DNA of 55,881 nucleotides from an uncultured bacterium (GCA_937928585.1 CALEZK010000602.1:1-55881), one strand, 5' to 3'; counted from the stretch's first letter, positions 15,740 to 24,160 are shown. The notes: generated by a model not told the origin, from the sequence alone. A program made the numbers and translations.

Positions 15740-16262
15740 ACGCCCGGACCTGGACATCATTGTTGATTGGATGGGCGATCCCGAGTTTCGTCACTTTCTG
15801 TTTGGCGATAGCGAGCAGCGGCCGCAGCACATGGGCCAGCAGATGCTTGGCGTGATGAGCAGCGCCCTTGCGCTGCCGATGTCGAGCGCGGGCAACCTGC
15901 TGCTCGAGGATCCGGCGCTGGGGACTGTGGGTCTCGTCATGCTGCACGAAGTAAGCTGGCGCAATCGCTCTTGTTTTCTGGGGCTTTATCTTGCGCCGAC
16001 GCATCGCACGCCCGAGATCATCTCGCGCGCGATCGAGACGGTGTTTGCCTATTGTTTCGAGGAGTTGAATTTGCATCGGGCCGCGATTCGCGTGGACGCG
16101 ACCCAGCCTGATTACGGCGTGGCGTGCGAACGCATTGGCGCGGTCCGCGAGTTTGTTTTTCCTGGCCACGCGATGCGCGATGGCAAACCGGTGGATGTAA
16201 TTGGTTTCGGGGTGTTGCGCGTTGACTTTGACGCGCGGCGCGCGGCTACGGCGGGAGCATAG
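15714..16262 (+). CDS. GNAT-family N-acetyltransferase (2 of 3)
   Basis: I place the start at MDLLLRRPERPDLDIIVDWMGDPEFRHFLFGD (ATG 15714, GGAGG upstream). It overlaps GNAT-1 by 26 nt. It shares the SWRNRSC motif with GNAT-3. Confidence 0.75.
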   Translation: MDLLLRRPERPDLDIIVDWMGDPEFRHFLFGDSEQRPQHMGQQMLGVMSSALALPMSSAGNLLLEDPALGTVGLVMLHEVSWRNRSCFLGLYLAPTHRTPEIISRAIETVFAYCFEELNLHRAAIRVDATQPDYGVACERIGAVREFVFPGHAMRDGKPVDVIGFGVLRVDFDARRAATAGA

Positions 16263-16263
16263 C

Positions 16264-16893
16264 ATGGCCCTTAAATCCAGCGTTTTCATTCGCCGCGCGG
16301 ACCGGGAGGATCTTGAGACGATCGTATCGTGGATGGAAGATCCCGCATTTCAACGCTTCCTCTACGGAGACCCCGCGCGATCGCCGAAGCAAATTCGGGA
16401 ACAAATCGTCGGCATGCTGGGCCGATCCGCGGCGCGCACGTTGCCCGGCGGCATTTACTTCATGGCGGACTCGACCAAGTACGGCCCGGTGGGGTTGTTC
16501 AGCGTCGTCAATATGAGCTGGCGCAATCGATCGTGCAATATCGATTCGTACATTTGCGAAGACCGGCGCAACGGCATGTTCAGCACGGTGGCGTTTTATC
16601 GCGTGCTGGAATACTGCTTCCACGTGTTGAACATGAACCGCATCAACATTTACATCTACGGCTTCAATACGCGCTCCTGGCGCATATTTGAATTGACCGG
16701 GGCGAAACAGGAGCTGGTGTTGCGCGAGCACGTCGCGCGGGACGGCGAACTGTACGAGATGTACGGCTACGGCCTCATTCGGCCCGAGTGGGACAAGTTT
16801 CGCGAGTTTTTCCTGAAGCGCTTCAAGGGAATCGATCTGCAAACCATGATCGCGGATCTGAAGAGCGAGGAAGCGGCGAAGGTGTCCACCTGA
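16264..16893 (+). CDS. GNAT-family N-acetyltransferase (3 of 3)
   Basis: ATG 16264 is 1 nt after the TAG of GNAT-2. The sequence IRRADREDLETIVSWMEDPAFQRFLYGD...SWRNRSC...GAKQELVLREHVARDGELYEMYGYG is a clear paralogue of GNAT-2. Confidence 0.8.
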   Translation: MALKSSVFIRRADREDLETIVSWMEDPAFQRFLYGDPARSPKQIREQIVGMLGRSAARTLPGGIYFMADSTKYGPVGLFSVVNMSWRNRSCNIDSYICEDRRNGMFSTVAFYRVLEYCFHVLNMNRINIYIYGFNTRSWRIFELTGAKQELVLREHVARDGELYEMYGYGLIRPEWDKFREFFLKRFKGIDLQTMIADLKSEEAAKVST

Positions 16894-17627
16894 TGGCCGA
16901 GCAATTACTTTGGGGCCTGCTCGCGACACACATCGTGTATTCGCTGTTCGCGAATAGCAGATCGAAAAGCGAACACCCGCAGGGCCTTGCCCGCACCATA
17001 CACGTGCTGTTGCAGGCGCCGCTGCTTTGGGTGTCGGTTTACATCGGCATTCATGCGGGGGAGTTTTCGCGCGAGCTTGTGTCGCCGGTATACATCGTGG
17101 CGGGGTTGCTTGCGGGGCACCTCATATTCGGGTTCTCAATTTTGTTGACGCATCTTTCCTGGCGTGACGCCTGGGCGCATTTTTTTGATTTCGGCCCGTT
17201 ATGGAACTTCACGATGGACAGCCCGGTCGTATTGACGCGCTTCTTCGGCGTGGCGTTTGCGGAGGAACTGATCTGGCGCGTCGCGGCCCAGACGCTCGCG
17301 ATAGAATTCCTTTCGCAATACATGAGCAACACGGCGGCGGCGGCGCTTGGTATCGTATTGATTGCGGCGGGATTTGTCGTCGTACACAAGCATTTCTTTG
17401 AAAATACTTGGTACATATCGGTTGAGTTTGTGGCGTTTGCGCTGTTGATTGGCGCGCTTTATTACTGGACGGGCAGCTTCATCCTCGTAATTATCATTCA
17501 CGCGTTGCGCGATATCGAGATTGCATATCTTGAGTATCTCGGCAAAGTGGAAGAACTCGGTAGCGAAGCGGAAGCCGCGCTTGCCATCGAGCAGGCCTAT
17601 CGTCCGCGGCGAATGGAGAATACATGA
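16893..17627 (+). CDS. CPBP-family (CAAX/Abi-type) intramembrane glutamic protease
   Basis: The start overlaps the GNAT-3 stop (TGATG). It is a polytopic membrane protein with the motifs FAEELIWRVAAQ (EExxxR), VVHKHF and IIIHALRD. Confidence 0.8.
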   Translation: MAEQLLWGLLATHIVYSLFANSRSKSEHPQGLARTIHVLLQAPLLWVSVYIGIHAGEFSRELVSPVYIVAGLLAGHLIFGFSILLTHLSWRDAWAHFFDFGPLWNFTMDSPVVLTRFFGVAFAEELIWRVAAQTLAIEFLSQYMSNTAAAALGIVLIAAGFVVVHKHFFENTWYISVEFVAFALLIGALYYWTGSFILVIIIHALRDIEIAYLEYLGKVEELGSEAEAALAIEQAYRPRRMENT

Positions 17628-18664
17628 GCGCCACCGCCGCAGTGCAGCTCTGCGATGTAGATAAGATATTTCATACGCGCCATTTCTTCACGAAGCACGA
17701 AGAAACGGGCAAGCGCCGCCTTTATTACAAGAAAACGGTGCACGCGGTTGACCATATCTCGCTGGAGATCAAGCCCGGCGAGATTCTTGGTTTGCTCGGC
17801 CGAAATGGCGCGGGAAAAACGACGACGGTAAAGATGATCTCGGGATTGGTCAAGCCGAATTCCGGGACGGTTTACGTTGACGGCATGGATGTCGAGAAGA
17901 AGCGCTTGAAGGTGCTGCGCAAGATAGGCGTGGTGCTGGAAGGGACGCGCACGTGCGTTTGGCCGCTGACGCCGCTAGAAAACCTTTCCTACTTTGGAAA
18001 TCTGCGCGATGTGAAGGGCCCTGTGTTGAAAGAGCGGAGCGCGGAACTGCTGGAGTTCATCGGTCTGAAGGACAAGATGAACGTGGAGGTGCGCAAGCTT
18101 TCGCGCGGCCAGAAGCAGCGCCTGGCCATTTGTATCGCGCTGATTACGGATCCGCCGGTGTTGCTGCTGGACGAGCCGACCACGGGCCTTGATGTGCAGA
18201 GCAGCCGCGCGATCAAGGACAAGCTGATCGAGATGACGCGTGAACGCGGCAAGTGCGTGTTGGTGACGACGCACGACATGAACACCGCGCAGGAAGTTTG
18301 CGACCGCGTGGCGATCGTTCACGATGGGAAACTGGCGGCGTGCAAGCCGACGAACGAGTTGATCGGCCTGTTTTCCGATCAGACGTATCACCTGCACGTT
18401 GATCGTATTCCGGATCTTGCCGGCGTACGCGCGGTGCCGGGCGTGCTGGCCTCTGACGCGCTGGAAGACGAGGGCACTGGGCCGCGCGTTTCGGTTCAGT
18501 TTTGCGCGGACGAGTCGGAGCGTTCTTCCGCGCTTTATTCGGTGATGGAACGCCTTCGAGGCAGCGGCGTCACGCTGCGCTCGATTAACCACGCGCAACA
18601 AACGCTGGAAGACGTGTTTCTTCGCATTACGGAAAAGACCAGCAAGAACGGGGAGAAGGTTTAG
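17624..18664 (+). CDS. ABC transporter ATP-binding protein (ABC-2/DrrA-like)
   Basis: ATGA overlap with the CPBP gene. Walker A is GRNGAGKTT, the signature is LSRGQKQRL, and Walker B is LLLDEPTTGLD. A C-terminal accessory domain is present. Confidence 0.9.
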   Translation: MSATAAVQLCDVDKIFHTRHFFTKHEETGKRRLYYKKTVHAVDHISLEIKPGEILGLLGRNGAGKTTTVKMISGLVKPNSGTVYVDGMDVEKKRLKVLRKIGVVLEGTRTCVWPLTPLENLSYFGNLRDVKGPVLKERSAELLEFIGLKDKMNVEVRKLSRGQKQRLAICIALITDPPVLLLDEPTTGLDVQSSRAIKDKLIEMTRERGKCVLVTTHDMNTAQEVCDRVAIVHDGKLAACKPTNELIGLFSDQTYHLHVDRIPDLAGVRAVPGVLASDALEDEGTGPRVSVQFCADESERSSALYSVMERLRGSGVTLRSINHAQQTLEDVFLRITEKTSKNGEKV

Positions 18665-18666
18665 TT

Positions 18667-19605
18667 ATGGGCTTCTTCCTGGTACTGAAGGCCGAGGTCG
18701 TCCGTTCGATGATTGTGACGCGACGATACTGGTTTGCTACGGTGACGGCGCTGTTTGTGGCGTGCGTTATGTTTTCTGCCTTTATCAATATTTTTCTGTC
18801 CGGGATTGTGGCCGGCGCCGATATGGCAGGCGTTGCCGTGGACCGGGCACTCGGATTGGTCATCGGTATTTTTGCGTTCAGCATGGTTGGCATGTTCAGC
18901 ACGGGTCTTGCAGGCATGGCGCGCAGCGGCGAGCTCGAACAGGTGTATATGAGCCCGCATGGACTCATCACCAACTTCATGGCGCGGTCTACCGTTGCAA
19001 CGGTCTTGAGCATCATAACGTGGACGATACTGTTGATGTTTGTGTCTTCCGCGTTTTCGGCGGAGACAGACGGAGCCAAGGCCGACGAGCAAGTTCAAAC
19101 CGCGCATGCCGATGCGGCGGCTGTTGCGGAAGCTACGCCGACGGAGTCCGCGCCCGGAGCTGCAGGGGAAGATTCGGGAAAGAAAATGAAGGCGGACGGG
19201 AAAATTCACGCCGACCCCTTGCCTATGGTGGTGTTGTTCCTGCTTACGTTTTTCAGCATGACCGGATTCGGCTTCATGATTGGCGGGCTTGTGCTCGTGT
19301 TCAAACAGATAGGCCAGGTTGCGGTGATATTGCGCATGATCATGATGGGCGTTGCGTGGAAAGCGAGTGATGCGCTTTACGATCAACATTGGCTTTTGCA
19401 ATGGGTCGCGCACGCGGTGCCTGTGACGGACGCGGCGATTTGCCTGAAACTGGTTCTGCTGCAAAACTACGGCACGCATATTTTCACGCACCCGTCATTC
19501 CTGTTTCTGCTTGCGAGCGTTGCCATCTGGACGCCGATCGGTTTGATCTGCTTTAAGGCGATGGAGAATTGGGCGCGTAGCAAAGGGACCCTGGGAGCGT
19601 TTTGA
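18667..19605 (+). CDS. ABC-2-type transporter permease
   Basis: It starts 2 nt after the ATPase stop. It has multiple TM segments and an Ala/Asp/Glu-rich loop of about 54 aa in the middle. Confidence 0.7.
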   Translation: MGFFLVLKAEVVRSMIVTRRYWFATVTALFVACVMFSAFINIFLSGIVAGADMAGVAVDRALGLVIGIFAFSMVGMFSTGLAGMARSGELEQVYMSPHGLITNFMARSTVATVLSIITWTILLMFVSSAFSAETDGAKADEQVQTAHADAAAVAEATPTESAPGAAGEDSGKKMKADGKIHADPLPMVVLFLLTFFSMTGFGFMIGGLVLVFKQIGQVAVILRMIMMGVAWKASDALYDQHWLLQWVAHAVPVTDAAICLKLVLLQNYGTHIFTHPSFLFLLASVAIWTPIGLICFKAMENWARSKGTLGAF

Positions 19606-21527
19606 TGAGTCGCGACGCGCTACATCGGTTTGTGGAGAGCGAACGGCGATTTGCCGTCGACCCGGAGACCTGTTTTTGCTTCGAGTGCGACGAGATCTCG
19701 TGGGATGTGCTTGAGTACTATCCGCACGCGTCGGTGAACCGCATCTATCACCTGCTTGGCGAACGCTACAGCGTGAAAGAGCTTGAGGAAGTCATCGGCG
19801 AGCTTGAGTGGCTGCGTTCGACGCGCGCGATTCTCCCCGCGCCGAAAAAGGACGACGTTCAGAAGGAAATCCAATTCGAGCGTGGCCTGAAGCGCGTTGC
19901 TATTTCGCTGCCGCGCGAGGGCACGGAAGCTGCCGTAAAGAAAAAAGGCTGGTTCAGCCAGGGCGCGACCGTGATGTCGAGTTCGGCGCGCGATATTGGC
20001 CATGACGCGATTGCTTTGTTGTTGGGCCGTGCGGGCGAGCAAAAGGAACTCGCCATCGAGTTTGTAGAAGAAGGGTTCATTCATAATCCTGAACTGGTGG
20101 CTGATTTGTGCGCACACGCGATGAAGTGCGGCAAGCTGGCAGGCAAGAAACTGACGGCTTCGGTTTTGATCCAGAACATCGAAGTGTCGAAAGTGCCGGC
20201 CGCGCTGGATGGGCACACCGTGAGCGCCGCCCTCGAGTTTACCGAAACCGCGGACATGCTGGCGCTGTTGCGTCCCTTTGCAAAAATCGCTGGTGAAGCA
20301 TTTGCGCGCCTCGTCAAGATTGTGCAGCCGGACGCGCCGGGCGTGCATGGTCGCATCATCGTGCGGCCGAACCATCCGAATTTCGCGGGCGTTGTCGAGG
20401 AGCTTGAGAAACAAGGCTTCACAACAATCGATTTGGATTTGGACGGCGCATATGTGGCGAATCCCTCATTGAATCCAAGTGAAATGCTCGATGGCCTTCG
20501 CGCCACCGCCGTCTATTACGCGAAGCGGCTGCTTCAGCATAAGTACTATCGCGTCGATCCCATCGCGCCGCTTTTCTATCGGATCTACGATGGGTCGCCT
20601 TCCCGGCGCACGGATCCGGCGGGCACAAATGAATTGGCAGTCGGCGGCGACGGCGGCGTGTATCCGTCGCGGCGCTTGATGGGCGTTGAGGCCTACAAAC
20701 TTGGCACCGTGATGGGTGGCGAGATTGATGAGCGCATCCGCGCGCGGTTCGACGAAGTCGGCGCTTCAACCACGGGGGTATGCCGCCGATGCTGGGCGCG
20801 CAACTTGTGCGGCGGCGGCAATACGGCAGTGCACCACGCGTTGACTGGATCGCACCGCACGCCAAGCGAACCTTGGTGTGAGGCGCAGCGTGCGTGGATG
20901 ATGTCCGCGGTGAGCGCGTTTAATCTGTTGTCGTCACATGGCGTGAATTTCACGCGGGTATATCGCACCTTGACGCGGACGACGCGTCCGTCTCTTCTAA
21001 CCGTGGTGCGCGCGATGTTCCGGATGACAATTGGCATGCGGCCGATTGAAGAAACAGACGCGGAGATGCTGGCCAATTGGGAGAATTGGAACCCTGCTTC
21101 GTATTTCCTGTTCACCGAAGGGGGCATCATGGTCACGACGAAGTATGATCGTGAAATGGACGCGCTGCATCCTTCCGGCGGTGAGCAGGAGATGATTCTG
21201 ATCAAAAAGGACGGCACGGCGATTGGGTTGATTAAGCTGCGGCCCGATCGCGTTCCCGGCGCCGCTCAGGGCTGGCTGTACCTGCATAACGAGGCCGACT
21301 ACGCGTCTGACGAGGTGCGCAAAGGTTTCCGCGCTCTGCTGCGGGAAGCAGGCGGCCAACAGTCTATCCGGAGGTTGACCCTTCCCGCGTCTGCCCAGGA
21401 AGTTGGGTTGCAGAAGTTTCTGGAATCAATTGGTTTTGCGAAAGAGGGCACGCTGCGCGAGGCACTCTTTGCGCACGACACCTATCATGACGTGCACCTG
21501 TATGGTATCGCGACCGACAAGTTGTAG
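19605..21527 (+). CDS. radical-SAM/SPASM maturase-like protein without the CX3CX2C motif, fused to a C-terminal GNAT domain
   Basis: ATG 19605 overlaps the permease stop (TGATG). The region PAGTNELAVGGDGGVYPSRRL...YKLGTV...CRRCWARNLCGGGN...PWCE is colinear with the SPASM/twitch region of anSME-type enzymes. The central part looks like a degenerate radical-SAM barrel (ELAIEFVEEGFIHNPELV in place of F.GGEPLL). The last 170 aa or so are RimJ-like GNAT (IEETDAEMLANW...GFAKEGTLREALF). Confidence 0.65.
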   Translation: MSRDALHRFVESERRFAVDPETCFCFECDEISWDVLEYYPHASVNRIYHLLGERYSVKELEEVIGELEWLRSTRAILPAPKKDDVQKEIQFERGLKRVAISLPREGTEAAVKKKGWFSQGATVMSSSARDIGHDAIALLLGRAGEQKELAIEFVEEGFIHNPELVADLCAHAMKCGKLAGKKLTASVLIQNIEVSKVPAALDGHTVSAALEFTETADMLALLRPFAKIAGEAFARLVKIVQPDAPGVHGRIIVRPNHPNFAGVVEELEKQGFTTIDLDLDGAYVANPSLNPSEMLDGLRATAVYYAKRLLQHKYYRVDPIAPLFYRIYDGSPSRRTDPAGTNELAVGGDGGVYPSRRLMGVEAYKLGTVMGGEIDERIRARFDEVGASTTGVCRRCWARNLCGGGNTAVHHALTGSHRTPSEPWCEAQRAWMMSAVSAFNLLSSHGVNFTRVYRTLTRTTRPSLLTVVRAMFRMTIGMRPIEETDAEMLANWENWNPASYFLFTEGGIMVTTKYDREMDALHPSGGEQEMILIKKDGTAIGLIKLRPDRVPGAAQGWLYLHNEADYASDEVRKGFRALLREAGGQQSIRRLTLPASAQEVGLQKFLESIGFAKEGTLREALFAHDTYHDVHLYGIATDKL

Positions 21528-21569
21528 GGGGATCGGGTCCTGCTCGAGGGTCTTCGCGGTTATTGGGGT

Positions 21570-21863
21570 TTAGTCGAGATAGGCGCTTACGCGCGAGGCG
21601 ACGAGTTCGACAACGGACTGCAGTTTGTACGCACCTTCCTGGATTTGCTTTCGGGCCTGCTCGACGCGCGACTTGCGAATTTCGTCGGCGCTGCTTGCCG
21701 CGAGTCTCGCGGCGTCGGCTGCATCCTGGGCTTCGCTGCTAAAGGAAACGTTGTCTGTTGAGTCCGCAACGGTTCGGGACTCGCCACGCTTCGCTGAGCG
21801 CTCTCCAGCCGGAGTCGGCCCCGATGGGGCAGATAAACCGACTATGCCTTGTATACCAGCCAT
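21570..21863 (-). CDS. flgM: anti-sigma-28 factor FlgM
   Basis: 97 aa. The N-terminal half looks disordered. The C-terminal part (IRKSRVEQARKQIQEGAYKLQSVVELVASRV) is typical of FlgM. GGGAGAG lies upstream of the ATG, and a sigma-28 promoter lies upstream of that. Confidence 0.7.
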   Translation of the reverse strand: MAGIQGIVGLSAPSGPTPAGERSAKRGESRTVADSTDNVSFSSEAQDAADAARLAASSADEIRKSRVEQARKQIQEGAYKLQSVVELVASRVSAYLD

Positions 21864-21908
21864 CTTCTGCTCTCCCTAGCACTTCTTCGGCGTCCATGCC
21901 TAACACTA

Positions 21909-21936
21909 TTATCGGCGTTCTCACCTTCCAACTTTA
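21909..21936 (-). promoter_or_regulatory. sigma-28 (FliA)-type promoter TAAAGTTG-N12-GCCGATAA
   Basis: The minus strand reads TAAAGTTGgaaggtgagaacGCCGATAA. The -10 element matches the GCCGATAA consensus exactly. TAAA is 16 nt upstream (consensus spacing is 15). The element is about 45 nt upstream of the flgM ATG. Confidence 0.55.
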
Positions 21937-22031
21937 GTCACGCAGGCCTGGCTTGATATGCTTCGGGCCTGGAAGGTTTCCGGCGATGCATTCCGCGCTT
22001 TAAGACGTTAGACTAAAAGGGGTTACATAAA

Positions 22032-22229
22032 ATGCTGGTGGGGATCTTCGGTGGGATTGTCTCGTTATTGATTCTCGCGATCTATATTGCGAGCGTCATT
22101 TGGTCCTACACGGATGCAGAACGCCGGGGGAAATCCGGAATCCTGGTGGCGCTGCTGGTGCTGCTGTTGGTTTGGCCGGCGGGACTTATCGTTTGGCTGC
22201 TGATTCGCCCGAATGGGAGGCGAAGTTGA
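22032..22229 (+). CDS. small two-TM membrane protein (PLDc_N-like)
   Basis: 65 aa with two hydrophobic helices flanking YTDAERRGKSG. This resembles the PLD-nuclease N-terminal-domain small proteins. Confidence 0.5.
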   Translation: MLVGIFGGIVSLLILAIYIASVIWSYTDAERRGKSGILVALLVLLLVWPAGLIVWLLIRPNGRRS

Positions 22230-22326
22230 TCCGCCACTGGATCGGGAAGTAGGCTTCCGCACTTATCTGTCATGTAACACGGCGAAGCTATCCCTTCGTT
22301 GTGCATGATACGACTTCGGGGGTGCT

Positions 22327-23988
22327 GTGAGTATTAACCGGGATCGGCGAAGCGCCGGTCTAATTTTATTGTTGGCCTTCGCGCTGGGCGTCTGTGTGTT
22401 TGCGGTCACGCAGATTTCCTACGGCATCGTTGAAGACCGGGCCTTGGCGCCGAGCGAATCGCTCGGTTTTGTGTCCCTGGCCATGGATATCTACAGCTAC
22501 TATTCTTTCATTCACCAGGCTGCAGGCGGCAGTTTCTTCTTTCGCAACAACATGACGCACGAAACGTGCAGCGCGGCGTTTATCAACCTGCAATGGTGGC
22601 TTGCGGGGCGGTGCATGGCATGGTTCGACTGGAGTCCGCAGTTCTTGTTCATCGTGTGGCGGTTTGCGGGTTCGATTGCGCTGATGCTGGGTTTTGCTGT
22701 GTTGGCGCTGGTAACGTTGGAGAAGCCGCATCAACAAGTGGTTGCATTGCTGATGTGCGCATTCGGCGGCGGATTTGGCTGGGCAATTACGATCTTCGGC
22801 GCGATGGGTCTTCTAGATCTCAGCGACACCTTTGGGCTGCGCAATCCGGCAATGGATTTAATTACGGCGATTCATCCATTCGGACAGATCATGAAGAACC
22901 CGCATTACAGCTTGCCGCACGGCACGCTGTTGCTTTTCCTCGCGTGTTACGTAATGGGTGAGCGCTCCGGTTGCGCGCGATGGTATGCGGTCGCGGCAGG
23001 GGTTGCGGTGCTACAAGGTCTTTTTCGACCTTACGACACGATAACGATCATGGCGATGATTCCATTTTTCATTGGCGTCGAATCGCTTACGTCGCGAAAG
23101 CTGGATGTTCGGCGCGCTACATTGCGCTTATTGCCCGCTATTGCGAGCGCCCCCTTGCTTTTTTATTACTACTACCTCTTTTCGATTCATCCGATATTCA
23201 CGTATTGGGCGGAACAAGGCAAGCAGCCGCCAGCTTCCATGTTCTGGCACACGCTGAGCCTCGGCCTTGTCGGATTGCTGTGCATTTACCGTGTTGCGCG
23301 GCGGAAGCGCCTGCCGCTTGCCGGTTCGTGGGAACGCATGCTCGCGGTGTTTGCCGCGACCGTGTTGATCCTGTATCACGGCAATCATCTCACGCGCTTG
23401 TTGTCGTTCTCCCCACAGATTGGCATACCGCTGGTCTCGGTGCTGATCCTCCTATCGATGCCTGTATTGTCCGCGCTTGCGGCGCGCTGGTCGCGATTTG
23501 GAAAGCGCGGCTTGGCTGCTGCTTTGGTGGGCTTTCTGATTCTGAACGCGCTGAGCAGTCCATTGTACGTTCAGTGGAGCGGTAGTATCGGCGCGATTAC
23601 GCCGCGAAACTACATAACGCCGAGTGAACGCGAGGCGATACTGTGGCTGGCCGAACGCGCGGAACCGGATGATGTCATTCTGAGTGGCGAGCCGATGGGC
23701 GCGCGCATTGCCTTTCTAACGCCTTTGCGCGTGGCGATGGGCCACTGGGCGTTGACGCCAAATGTCAAGTTGCTCAAACGAAAATTCGAGCGATTCGCGA
23801 TTGGCGATCTTCCCCCGGAACGCGCGGTGGAATTCATCAAAGAGGTGCAACCGCGATACATTCTGCTAACCGATATCGAGGACGCGGGAAAGCCCGCGTA
23901 CTATCGGAAAAATGCGGGCGCGGAACGCGTTTTTGCGAACGACGATACGATAATTTACGAAGTCGTCGGGCCGCCGCAAACGCGATAG
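22327..23988 (+). CDS. large polytopic membrane protein with a C-terminal soluble domain (possible GT-C-type glycosyltransferase)
   Basis: 553-aa ORF with a GTG start. It has at least 10 hydrophobic segments followed by a soluble tail of about 130 aa. The function is only a fold-level guess. Confidence 0.45.
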   Translation: MSINRDRRSAGLILLLAFALGVCVFAVTQISYGIVEDRALAPSESLGFVSLAMDIYSYYSFIHQAAGGSFFFRNNMTHETCSAAFINLQWWLAGRCMAWFDWSPQFLFIVWRFAGSIALMLGFAVLALVTLEKPHQQVVALLMCAFGGGFGWAITIFGAMGLLDLSDTFGLRNPAMDLITAIHPFGQIMKNPHYSLPHGTLLLFLACYVMGERSGCARWYAVAAGVAVLQGLFRPYDTITIMAMIPFFIGVESLTSRKLDVRRATLRLLPAIASAPLLFYYYYLFSIHPIFTYWAEQGKQPPASMFWHTLSLGLVGLLCIYRVARRKRLPLAGSWERMLAVFAATVLILYHGNHLTRLLSFSPQIGIPLVSVLILLSMPVLSALAARWSRFGKRGLAAALVGFLILNALSSPLYVQWSGSIGAITPRNYITPSEREAILWLAERAEPDDVILSGEPMGARIAFLTPLRVAMGHWALTPNVKLLKRKFERFAIGDLPPERAVEFIKEVQPRYILLTDIEDAGKPAYYRKNAGAERVFANDDTIIYEVVGPPQTR

Positions 23989-24160
23989 GGTTTGAACGCG
24001 CCGGGATGCCTTTCGGCGCAACCGTTTGACTGGCATGAGCTTGCTTCGTATACTCCGTAGGCCTTTTCGCATTTCATTCGCGCCGACGGTTACGGAGCCT
24101 GTATGCATGGGGCCGCGTAACTTTCGGCGCATGTTGTATATGCGACGGAGAGTATCGCGC

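Noticed and set aside
17689-17702. CACGAAGCACGAAG inside the ABC ATPase gene, a possible REP insertion into coding sequence
   Set aside because: It is in frame and encodes TKHEE within a continuous ORF. There is no complementary arm nearby. Two heptamers could arise by chance in coding sequence.
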